Assembly: GCA_039584255.1 (NCBI GenBank)
Contig: JBDGYE010000005.1
Location: forward strand, 1,869 to 65,868
Direction: 5' to 3'
DNA length: 64,000 nt
DNA from: Gemmatimonadota bacterium
Lineage (GTDB): Bacteria; Gemmatimonadota; Gemmatimonadetes; Palauibacterales; Palauibacteraceae
Made by a program: the position numbers and the translations under genes. Every line of letters begins with the position of its first letter. Position 1 is the stretch's first letter. Positions 55,070-63,272 of this stretch are shown here, in pieces. The notes below the pieces were generated by a model, which was given only the letters and a program-made list of their open reading frames with translations, was not told the DNA's origin and made no database searches.

Positions 55070-56280
55070 CGCGGCACCGCCAGAGATTCCAGAAACGCCC
55101 CTAGATCTGCCATCTCGCTTGGCGTAAAAGTAGGCCAGACTTCCCCGATGCCCGACTCGTACATAGCCGGGGCATGGTTCCAGAGCGAGGCAGCCATTCC
55201 GCCCGGAGAGTCGACGCCTCTCACCGCGGCCAGGTCCGGAGCGTTCGTCCCCCCGCGGCCGTTCAACGAATGACAGGCGAGGCAGCCCTTATCCCTCAAC
55301 AGGAGTCGTCCGCGGTCCGGATCGCCGGAATCCGCGAAGTACTGGACAGAGTGGAGGTATGCCACGAGATCCGCCATCTGTACGGCCGACAGCTTGGGGA
55401 CCGACAGCCCTCTGGCCCTCAACGCGCGGCGCATCGCCGGAGCTTTGTTAAGCATAGCCGCAGCGAACTCGGTCATGCTCCGCCTGCCCCGGCCCCCTGC
55501 CAGATCGGGACCGAGCCGTCCTCCTCGGCCCAGGATGCTGTGGCAATCGATGCAACCCTTCTCCACGACCAGCCGCCTTCCCTCGTCCGCCCGCCCGGGC
55601 AATACGTGCAGAGGGCCTTGTGGCCAATCCCCCGCGGCGGATTCCAGGTAAGAGATCAGGTCGATGAGCTCGCTGCCCGAGACAGACGACCGCTCGATGC
55701 CGAGAGCGTTCATCGCTTCGTCCATGGCCGGCCCGTGGTTCCACATCGCCGCCGCGACCTGGATCGGCGATCCGAAGTAGCTCACGAACTCGAGGTTCGG
55801 ACCGATTACGCCGCCCACGCCGCCGACCTGATGGCACATCACGCAGCGCTTTTCCGTGAACAGCTCCCGGCCGTGCGCGGCATCGCCGGGAGGATCGAAG
55901 TAGTCGAGCGTGAACAGGAAGGCGATGAGATCGCTCGTCTCCTGCGCCGTCATCTGTGGCCGGTCGATGCCGAGGCTCCCCATGCGTTCGACCATCCGTG
56001 GAACGTGGTTCCACATGTGCGCGGCCAGCTCATAGAACGTCTTCCTCTCGGAAGAGGCTCCCAGATCCGGGCCCTCGTCTCCGCCGAGCCCGCGGACGGC
56101 GTGGCACTTCACGCAACCCTTTTCCCCGAAGACCTGCGCTCCGGCGAAGGCGTTCTGAGCCGGTCCCGCCGGCGTCTGCGCAAGGCTCGCCGTAGTGGCT
56201 CCGAACAGCGCAAGTACGGCAGCCAGGGGGACGATGATGGACCGGTGCGGATGCCCCATGCGGATACTCTCGTCAGTCAT
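55066..56280 (-). CDS. c-type cytochrome with four class-I monohaem domains (paralog of 45681..46901)
   Basis: CVKCH, CVMCH, CIDCH, CLACH, each followed by the G.GG..GP(D/N)L and MWNH/LWNH motifs. Signal peptide present. Confidence 0.75.
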   Translation of the reverse strand: MTDESIRMGHPHRSIIVPLAAVLALFGATTASLAQTPAGPAQNAFAGAQVFGEKGCVKCHAVRGLGGDEGPDLGASSERKTFYELAAHMWNHVPRMVERMGSLGIDRPQMTAQETSDLIAFLFTLDYFDPPGDAAHGRELFTEKRCVMCHQVGGVGGVIGPNLEFVSYFGSPIQVAAAMWNHGPAMDEAMNALGIERSSVSGSELIDLISYLESAAGDWPQGPLHVLPGRADEGRRLVVEKGCIDCHSILGRGGRLGPDLAGGRGRRSMTEFAAAMLNKAPAMRRALRARGLSVPKLSAVQMADLVAYLHSVQYFADSGDPDRGRLLLRDKGCLACHSLNGRGGTNAPDLAAVRGVDSPGGMAASLWNHAPAMYESGIGEVWPTFTPSEMADLGAFLESLAVPR

Positions 56281-56528
56281 GGTGTACCAACCTGCATATC
56301 GACCGCGGACAGCTTAAGGGCAAGAATGGCAGATGCTGCGAAGGCTTATAATGAGCGGCTGTCGCCCCCATACGCCAGACCCGTGAGGCCGCGGTCCGGA
56401 CAGCGGTCGAGCTTTCGTCCATCGGGGCCCGTTGGTATCGTAATTGCGAGGGCACACGGTGACACACGGCCGCCAGGGCCGAACGGTCTGTAGACCAGGC
56501 CGGGAGCTCGACAACAAGGAGAGCGAGC

Positions 56529-56924
56529 ATGAGGAGAGCGCTGAGTTTGATGCTGGGCCTGACCCTTGTCTTCGGTTTCGGCTTGCAGGCCGCGGCCGCA
56601 CAGGAGTCTGGCAAGCCGGCTGCCGTGACCCACGATCTCGAGGGCAAGGACAACTGCCTGATGTGCCACAAGACCGGGGTCATGGAAGCTCCGGTCGCGC
56701 CCGAGAGCCATGCCGACCGCACGAGCGACGTGTGCCTGCTATGCCACGGCGAGGGCTCGCCGATGCAGACAGCGGATGCGGGAGCGATCCCCCACGATCT
56801 CGAGGGCAAGGACAACTGCCTGATGTGCCACAAGACCGGGGTCATGGAGGCGACGAAGATTTCGGAGAATCACGGCGAGGTGGCGAACGAGCAGTGTCAG
56901 CTCTGCCATACGCCGGCCGGCTGA
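56529..56924 (+). CDS. small periplasmic tetrahaem c-type cytochrome (tandem dihaem modules)
   Basis: The signal peptide is MRRALSLMLGLTLVFGFGLQAAAAQE. Four CXXCH motifs (CLMCH, CLLCH, CLMCH, CQLCH) occur in a ~105-aa mature protein. Confidence 0.75.
   Translation: MRRALSLMLGLTLVFGFGLQAAAAQESGKPAAVTHDLEGKDNCLMCHKTGVMEAPVAPESHADRTSDVCLLCHGEGSPMQTADAGAIPHDLEGKDNCLMCHKTGVMEATKISENHGEVANEQCQLCHTPAG
56631..56849 (+). repeat. 162-bp-period tandem duplication inside the tetrahaem gene; first ~57 bp of each unit identical except 1 nt
   Basis: cacgatctcgagggcaaggacaactgcctgatgtgccacaagaccggggtcatgga(a/g)g occurs at 56631-56687 and 56793-56849 (HDLEGKDNCLMCHKTGVMEA twice). The rest of each unit has diverged (ESHADRTSDVCLLCHGEG vs ENHGEVANEQCQLCHTPAG). 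Confidence 0.85.
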
Positions 56925-57075
56925 GCCGGACCCTCCGACTCCTGGAGGCAAGCGCTTCCGGAGTCGCAAGTAGGGAGTAGATAGACTCATAAACTCAGAT
57001 CGCCGCGGCGCCTGACCGACGCCGCGGCGATCTTCTTTGTTGTCCGCAGGGCTTTGAGCCCCCTGCCCGATACCT

Positions 57076-58470
57076 CTACGGCGAGTCCAGCTGGAATCCG
57101 AAGTGGCAGATGCCGCAGGACATCTCGCTCTTCTCCCGGACGTGCTCGGGGTCGAAGTCGGGCCCGTGTGGGTTGATCCGGAAGCCTTCCTTCGCCGAGT
57201 GGCAGCGTAGACACGAATCCTGCTGGTGGCAGGAGACGCAGGTCTCCAGGTTCTGTCGGGCCGCCTGCCCGTGGCTCTGAAACCAGTTCGGATCCGCGTC
57301 GTGGTAGCCGCCGGCGGTCCTTTCGTCCTGGCCGGCACCCTGGCTCTCATGGCAGTTCCGGCAGAAGACCTCGCGCGAGTGGCACTCGGCGCATTCCATC
57401 GGCGCGGCCCAGGCCTCCGCGGGGTGACGCTGGACGAAGTTCACCGGATGAAAGACGGGCCGCCCCGCTCCGTCGTGACAGTCGATGCAGAACGTCTCGG
57501 CATGGCAGGCGGAGCACTTTGGAGTCGCCGCCACGGCCGCCTCGCCGTGCGCCACCGCGAAGGTCGGTCCGTGACCGGGAACTTCCCCGCTGGCCGGCAC
57601 GGCTCTGGCAGAAGCTCCGTGGGCCTCCGGGAAGCCGTCGGTCACGCGGTCACCCGTGTCGAGGTGACAGGCAGAGCACGTCTCCGCCGCGTGGCAGGTG
57701 GAGCAGCTCTGAGGCGAGGTCTCCGCAAGCGCGGAGTGCGTCATCTGCCAGTCGGACGCCTGGTGGCTCGGCGGAATCGGCCAGCTTCCCTCGCGGCCGG
57801 TAACCATCTCGGCCACGCGCCCGTCCGCGGCGAGAGCCATGATTGGCGCCACCGCCGCGGCGTTGGCGTGGCAGCGGGTGCAGCTCTCCCGGGCGTGGCA
57901 GACTGAGCACCGGGCCACGTCGTCAAGGGCCGCTGCGCCGTGCTGGAAGGCGAAGTCGGCCGACCCGTGATCCGGTGGCGCGGAAAACGCCGCGATCGTG
58001 GCCGCCGTCATCGCCGGCGCCTCGGAGAGTGTCATGTGGCACTGTGCACACGGCACGCCCGCGGCCTGGTGATCCTCCGTGCCGGGCGCGTGGCAGGCCA
58101 TGCAGGCCTCGGCGGCGGCGGCCTGAACCTCCATCTCGCCGCCGGTGCCGGGAGTCTGGTGGCAGGCGCCGCAGGGGAGCTCCGGGTGGCCCGGGTGGAC
58201 CGTCTTAAGGTTCCCCGCCGGTTGCTCGGCCCGGCCCTCCCACGCAACCGCCGGGAGGTTGGTGCCATCGTGGCATCCGCCGCACAGCGTCGGCTCGACG
58301 GATACCGACTGCTCCGGCTCTCCCGCCTCGATGCCTTCGTGACACGCGGTGCAGGTGGGGAAGATCCCCTGATGCCGCGCGTGCGGGAACGGCGTCTCCT
58401 GTGGGCGCGAGAGCATGACCCCCACACCGAACAGCAGCCCGACGGAAGCTAGCAACGCCGCTCGTTTCAT
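57076..58470 (-). CDS. 16-haem c-type cytochrome (secreted; very high haem density)
   Basis: The start MKRAALLASVGLLFGVGVML (58470) overlaps the stop of the upstream beta-barrel gene (ATGA). Sixteen CXXCH motifs occur in ~464 aa, about 1 per 29 aa. Confidence 0.8.
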   Translation of the reverse strand: MKRAALLASVGLLFGVGVMLSRPQETPFPHARHQGIFPTCTACHEGIEAGEPEQSVSVEPTLCGGCHDGTNLPAVAWEGRAEQPAGNLKTVHPGHPELPCGACHQTPGTGGEMEVQAAAAEACMACHAPGTEDHQAAGVPCAQCHMTLSEAPAMTAATIAAFSAPPDHGSADFAFQHGAAALDDVARCSVCHARESCTRCHANAAAVAPIMALAADGRVAEMVTGREGSWPIPPSHQASDWQMTHSALAETSPQSCSTCHAAETCSACHLDTGDRVTDGFPEAHGASARAVPASGEVPGHGPTFAVAHGEAAVAATPKCSACHAETFCIDCHDGAGRPVFHPVNFVQRHPAEAWAAPMECAECHSREVFCRNCHESQGAGQDERTAGGYHDADPNWFQSHGQAARQNLETCVSCHQQDSCLRCHSAKEGFRINPHGPDFDPEHVREKSEMSCGICHFGFQLDSP

Positions 58471-59942
58471 CAGTAGCCTCCGATTCCCCGCAGCGAGGTG
58501 CGCGGCTGGGCCGCCATGGTGCCGAAGCGGTAACCGAGCGACAGGTGGGCCCGCGCCTGAGTCCAATCCGGGCTGTCCGGTCGCTTGTCGTACGTCATTC
58601 GGTAAAGGCCACCGCTTCCCGACACGGAAAACGTCCCGACATTCCAGGAGAAGTCGAGCCCGCCGCCGGAGGCGACCTGCTCACCGACGCGAAACTCGCC
58701 GAACGTCTGGGTGACGGTACCGTGCAGTGCCAGCCTGATATCGGGTCCGAAGGTTCGGCCCACGGTGAGATCACCTCCGTAGCGCGCGGCGCCGAAGCCG
58801 GTCTCCGACCGGTAGCCCCCGTCGACGAACCAGTCGCGTCCCCGCCACCGCCCACCGGCCAGAAGGCGCCAGCCGTCGGTCTTCATGGGTGCTAATTCTG
58901 CGCCCGCGTTGGCCTTCTCGTAGTCGCGGTATCCGCCTCCCACCTCCAGCGTCAGGGTCGAGCCGGGGAGGGTCCAGCTCAGCAGTCCACGGCCCTCCTT
59001 GAATCCGACCGGAGTAAAGGCGCCCCAGATCGTCCACAGCTCGAAGAAAGGAGTGTAGTGCCTTCCCTCCAGCGTCAGGTGGAAGCCTTTCGGAAGCGGG
59101 GCGGCGGCGGCCAGCCGGGCCGAGTTGACCTCCTTGTAGGCCAGGTCATAAGCCAGTGAGCCGTCGATCACGACCTGCGGCAGCATCAGCCGCGCATCTG
59201 CAGCGATCCGCTCGGAGTAGAGGGCCAGGCGATCGGTGCGGATCTCGCGCTGGTACAGGCCGCTGAGGAAGAATTTCCTCTGGACGTCGACTCCGGCCTC
59301 GAAGCCGTAGATCAGGGCCCGCTTGTCCGGCGCGAAGACGTCGTTCTCGCTGAGCAACTTCCCGCTTCGCGGAGCGTTCGTGCCCGGGTAGAGGCTCCAA
59401 CCTCCCCAGGCCTCCAGCCGGAGCACGTCGAGTCCCTTCCAGAGAACCGACCCTCCATCGAAGTTGCGGTAGCCCAGGCTGCTCGCTCGCAGCAGCCGGC
59501 CCGCCGTGGCGCGCCACCCGGCCCGCTCGTACCGCGCGTAGCCCGTGATCAGGTCGAACTCCTGGCTCGACTTCGGCCACACCTCGTCGCTCAGAAAGCG
59601 GGTCCGCATCTGGCTGTGCACGGAGAGTCCTTCCACCCCGAGCCAGGCCGCGAACCGGATGTCGCCGTAGGTCGGAGTGACCGTCTGCACATCGCCAGCA
59701 CGGTACCAGCGGCAGAAGTCGTCGGTGAGGCAGGTAACGATGGTGCCGTTCGCGAGCCGTCTCTGAAGCCCGTCGCCAGGAACGCTGCTCTCCGGGACGC
59801 TGTCTCGCACCAGGCCGCGCAGCTCGAGCACGTCTCCCCGTACCCTTACCTCGGCCTGGTATCCCTGAGCGGCGAGTGAAAGTGGACTCAGCGGGGCTGC
59901 CAGGAGGAGGAGAGCGAGCGCCCGTCGATGGACGGTCATCAT
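58470..59942 (-). CDS. outer-membrane beta-barrel protein (candidate cytochrome-associated porin, MtrB/OmbB-like role)
   Basis: Signal peptide MMTVHRRALALLLLAAPLSPLSLAAQG. About 490 aa with abundant alternating hydrophobic/polar β-strand segments (…GLDFSWNVGTFSVSGSGGLYRMTY…, …HLSLGYRFG…). The C-terminal residue is Tyr. An N-terminal C-x5-C (CLTDDFC) is present. Confidence 0.55.
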   Translation of the reverse strand: MMTVHRRALALLLLAAPLSPLSLAAQGYQAEVRVRGDVLELRGLVRDSVPESSVPGDGLQRRLANGTIVTCLTDDFCRWYRAGDVQTVTPTYGDIRFAAWLGVEGLSVHSQMRTRFLSDEVWPKSSQEFDLITGYARYERAGWRATAGRLLRASSLGYRNFDGGSVLWKGLDVLRLEAWGGWSLYPGTNAPRSGKLLSENDVFAPDKRALIYGFEAGVDVQRKFFLSGLYQREIRTDRLALYSERIAADARLMLPQVVIDGSLAYDLAYKEVNSARLAAAAPLPKGFHLTLEGRHYTPFFELWTIWGAFTPVGFKEGRGLLSWTLPGSTLTLEVGGGYRDYEKANAGAELAPMKTDGWRLLAGGRWRGRDWFVDGGYRSETGFGAARYGGDLTVGRTFGPDIRLALHGTVTQTFGEFRVGEQVASGGGLDFSWNVGTFSVSGSGGLYRMTYDKRPDSPDWTQARAHLSLGYRFGTMAAQPRTSLRGIGGY

Positions 59943-60087
59943 GCATGCTCCGGGGAGTGTGGGTTCAACCACCGTCGAGTCCCGCTATTCGGCTGCCTCA
60001 ACTTGATGTACGCTTCCCAATGCATCAACCCCGCCGGGGGACGGCTCAGTGACCGGTCCCCGGGGAGCCACCTGATATGGCCGCGGC

Positions 60088-62922
60088 TCACCGATAGCCG
60101 AACAGCGCCGAGTACACGATGAGGAGGATCAGAAAGGTCCCAACGCCCAGCATCGTGAATCCGAAGATCCGGAACGCCAGCTCCACTCTTTGCGGGTAAG
60201 GCACCACGAGTCGCTGTTCGAACTCACCCTGCGCGACCATCCGCTCGTACTCGCGTGGCTTGTCGCGTCTGAGCTCCTCCACCGAGACCCGGCCCGTGAA
60301 GATCACCGGATCCATGGGAAACTTGTCGAGTCGGAAGTGCGTGTTGAAGAAGTGGATGGTGAAGATAAACGCCACCGCAAGTAGCGCTTCGTCGCTGTGG
60401 ATGATCGTCGCCACGTTCACCAGCTTCCCCGGAAGGAGGATCGTGAAGAACTCGGGAAACCAGAGCAGAAGCCCCGTCGAGCCGATCACGAACATCCCCC
60501 AGAACACGGCGAAGTAGTCGAACTTCTCCCAGTATGTGTAGCGCCCGTACTTCGGTCGTGGCCCCCGCCCGAGGAACCACTTGACCGAGGCCATGAACTC
60601 CCGGACGTCGTCCATGTTGAACACCAGGGAGTCGCGGGACTTGATCAACTCCAACCAGGTCTGGCCGGCGCGCTTCTTCTGCTTACGTACATCGATGAGG
60701 TGAATAATGAACACCGCGATCAGCGCCACGGCTCCGAGCCGGTGCCATACTCCCAGGGCCCCGAAGCCGCCCAAGAGCCACGCGAAACTCTGGGCCCAGC
60801 CCATGTGCGAGAACTTGAGTGCCATCCCGGTCGCCGCGAGCGTCATGAAGCTGAGCATCATGACTATGTGGAGCGAGCGCTGGAACGTCGTGAACCGGCG
60901 GTACTCCTTCCGGGACCTAGCCGCGGCGTCCACCGTCTCAGGTGCCTTCCACTCGTCCGGTGAGCGCCACAACCGCCACAGCCAGGCGGCCGTATGGGTC
61001 GTAGCGACGGTCAACGTGCCGATCAGCAGGCTCGCCATGAACCAGAAGGTCCAGAACAGGAAGGGGTACCGATCCGGATCGTGGTGCGTGGCGTGCGTCA
61101 GGTAGCCCGTGAACCTTCTGTTGGCTCCTCGGTGACATTGCCCGCACGTGTCGACGATGTGACGGCGGCTCAGGGTGGAAGCCGGCTCGCTGGGCGGGAG
61201 GATGGAGTGCGTTCCGTGGCAGTCGTAGCACTTCGCGGCCCGCTCTTCCCCGAGGCGCGAGACCTTGCCATGGTACGTGTCGAAGAAGGTCTCGGCCTCA
61301 CTCTCATGGCAGCGGCCGCACTGGTCCATCATCAGCAGCCTGAAGTCGGCCCTGTCCGTGCGGCTGATGGTGTGCGATGTGTGACAGTCCTCGCAGGTCG
61401 GCAGCTCGTGCTCCCCGGTGGGCTCGCCCACTCCCGGCCAGTGGATGCTCCCCCGGAACTGCTCTTCGATCCCGTGGTGACACTCGCCGCATGTGATGGC
61501 GACGTTCGCGGGGTGCACCTTCGAGCCCTCGTCCTCGGCCGGGAGCTCACTGTGCGCGCCGTGGCAGCTCGTGCAAGTGGCCGTGACCACGAGGCCGCTC
61601 TCGATGAGCCCCTTCCCGTGGATGCTCATCTCGTAGGAGCCGACGATGTCGCCGAAGCGACTCGGGATTCGGGTCGCAGCCGCCTCGCCGGGCCGATGAC
61701 AGCGTGCGCACAGGTCCGGTACGTTCCTCGGGTAGGTGGGCGAGGTCGGCACCCGCTTGTCCATCTCGGCGTGCTTGTCGTGGCAGTCGTAGCACGTAGG
61801 GGCATCCGCGTCGCCCTGCGCCGCCAGGGTGCCGTGTGCGCTCCTCTCGTACTCCGCCATCACGTCGGCGTGGCAGATTCCGCAATCGACGGGCGACTCT
61901 ATCGTCTCACAGGGTCGCTCGTCGTAGAGCGCCGTCACCTCGACGTGACACTGCGCACACGAGGTGCCCGAATGATCCGACTCGTTGAAGGCCTCCTCGT
62001 CCACGTGCATGGACACATGCTGGACGCCTCTCCGGTCGACCACGAGGTTCGGGTCGGCGTGGCAGCGCATGCAGTCCTGGTTGGAGACCCCCGCGTCGTA
62101 GAACACCTGCCGGATCCTGTGCGGCGAGTGACAGTCCACGCAGGCCGGGATGACCTCGGGCTCCTCCTCCCACAGGTGCCCCTCGATGACCTGGACATGC
62201 ACCTCCTCGATCCGCCCGTGGCACCGCGTGCAGGTGGCGGCGACGTTGTCGAGGTGGATGCTGGAGCGCGGATCGGTATGCGGCAGAATCCGGTGCGACG
62301 TATGGCATGACGTGCAAACCGCCGTGACCGTGAGTCCCTGCCGGAACAGCCCGGTTCCGTGAATCGAGAGTGAGTAGTTCTCGAGGATCCTGTCCTCCGG
62401 GATGTCCCTCGTGCGCGAGACCTCCGTTCCTTCGTGGTGGCATTCCCCGCACAGCAAGGGGATGTTCATCACCGCGGTCGGAGACTCCGGGTCCGAGCTC
62501 CGGAGGACATCGTGCCTGCCGTGGCAGTCGGAGCAGCTCGGAGCGAGGGGGTCTCCCCTGGCCGCCGCCCGCCCGTGTAGCGACTCGCTGTGCTCTCGGT
62601 CCTGGATCGAGTGACAGCGCCCGCAGTCGGCCGGCGCGCGGTCCTCAGGATGGGGGAAGGAGAGTCCTGCGTGGCAGTCGGTGCACCCGAGGCGGGCGTG
62701 AACCGATCCGTCGAGCTGGTCCTGGGTGATCACGAAGCGCTGCCCGTCGGCCCGGGTCTGCCAGAACTCGGGGTTCTGGTGGCACATCAGACAGGCCGCG
62801 TTGTCCTGCGCGCGCGCCGGGGTCACGGCCGTCAGTAGAACCGCGAGCGTCAGGCACAGCGGCAGGATGCCTGAGGACAGGCGGATCCACCTGTTCCATC
62901 TATGCCCGAATCGAGACGTCAT
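60088..62922 (-). CDS. 19-haem c-type cytochrome fused to a C-terminal HydC/FdnI-like dihaem b-type cytochrome membrane domain (CbcL-like)
   Basis: The start is at MTSRFG (or MRNGPRDR, 62946), followed by a signal/anchor. There are 19 CXXCH motifs in the first ~640 aa. The last ~330 aa are 4-5 TM and clearly paralogous to ORF 63273..63983 (e.g. RFTTFQRSLHIVMMLSFMTLAATGMALKFSH vs VFFQRSELIQHMLLAVSFIVLVITGFALRYPD; ...YWEKFDYFAVFWGMFVIGSTGLLLWFP... vs ...YWALIWGTLLMVFTGLVLWFP...). Confidence 0.8.
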   Translation of the reverse strand: MTSRFGHRWNRWIRLSSGILPLCLTLAVLLTAVTPARAQDNAACLMCHQNPEFWQTRADGQRFVITQDQLDGSVHARLGCTDCHAGLSFPHPEDRAPADCGRCHSIQDREHSESLHGRAAARGDPLAPSCSDCHGRHDVLRSSDPESPTAVMNIPLLCGECHHEGTEVSRTRDIPEDRILENYSLSIHGTGLFRQGLTVTAVCTSCHTSHRILPHTDPRSSIHLDNVAATCTRCHGRIEEVHVQVIEGHLWEEEPEVIPACVDCHSPHRIRQVFYDAGVSNQDCMRCHADPNLVVDRRGVQHVSMHVDEEAFNESDHSGTSCAQCHVEVTALYDERPCETIESPVDCGICHADVMAEYERSAHGTLAAQGDADAPTCYDCHDKHAEMDKRVPTSPTYPRNVPDLCARCHRPGEAAATRIPSRFGDIVGSYEMSIHGKGLIESGLVVTATCTSCHGAHSELPAEDEGSKVHPANVAITCGECHHGIEEQFRGSIHWPGVGEPTGEHELPTCEDCHTSHTISRTDRADFRLLMMDQCGRCHESEAETFFDTYHGKVSRLGEERAAKCYDCHGTHSILPPSEPASTLSRRHIVDTCGQCHRGANRRFTGYLTHATHHDPDRYPFLFWTFWFMASLLIGTLTVATTHTAAWLWRLWRSPDEWKAPETVDAAARSRKEYRRFTTFQRSLHIVMMLSFMTLAATGMALKFSHMGWAQSFAWLLGGFGALGVWHRLGAVALIAVFIIHLIDVRKQKKRAGQTWLELIKSRDSLVFNMDDVREFMASVKWFLGRGPRPKYGRYTYWEKFDYFAVFWGMFVIGSTGLLLWFPEFFTILLPGKLVNVATIIHSDEALLAVAFIFTIHFFNTHFRLDKFPMDPVIFTGRVSVEELRRDKPREYERMVAQGEFEQRLVVPYPQRVELAFRIFGFTMLGVGTFLILLIVYSALFGYR

Positions 62923-63272
62923 TCGATCTCTCGGTCCGTTTCTCATCCGCACGACCGGTTGGCAGGGCAGGTCGTGCCTAATCCATGTAGCTGCAAGAAG
63001 CGGACTCGGTCGAGCGGAGGTGGCCGCTGGGCATTGTGCCGCTTCGGGACGGGGAATCTGCTGGTTGGCCGATCGGGTCGCGCGCCCTTTCCGCACAACG
63101 GCGCGCGGGTCGCGGGGTCAATGTGTCACATCATGTTCGTGAAAGACCGCGCAGGAGTGTAGTGAGAACAGCCGCAAGGCTGTAACGCCATGCTGCAGAT
63201 CCGGTTGTGGCCCTCAGAATGGGCCCGGGGCCCAACCGGGCGCCCGGCGGCCCCCCGTCCATCGAATGATCC

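Noticed and set aside
56273-56845. 190-aa minus-strand ORF containing an internal protein repeat (MTPVLWHIRQLSLPSRSW twice)
   Set aside because: It is the antisense of the tetrahaem gene's tandem DNA duplication. The sense strand encodes a signal peptide and four CXXCH motifs.
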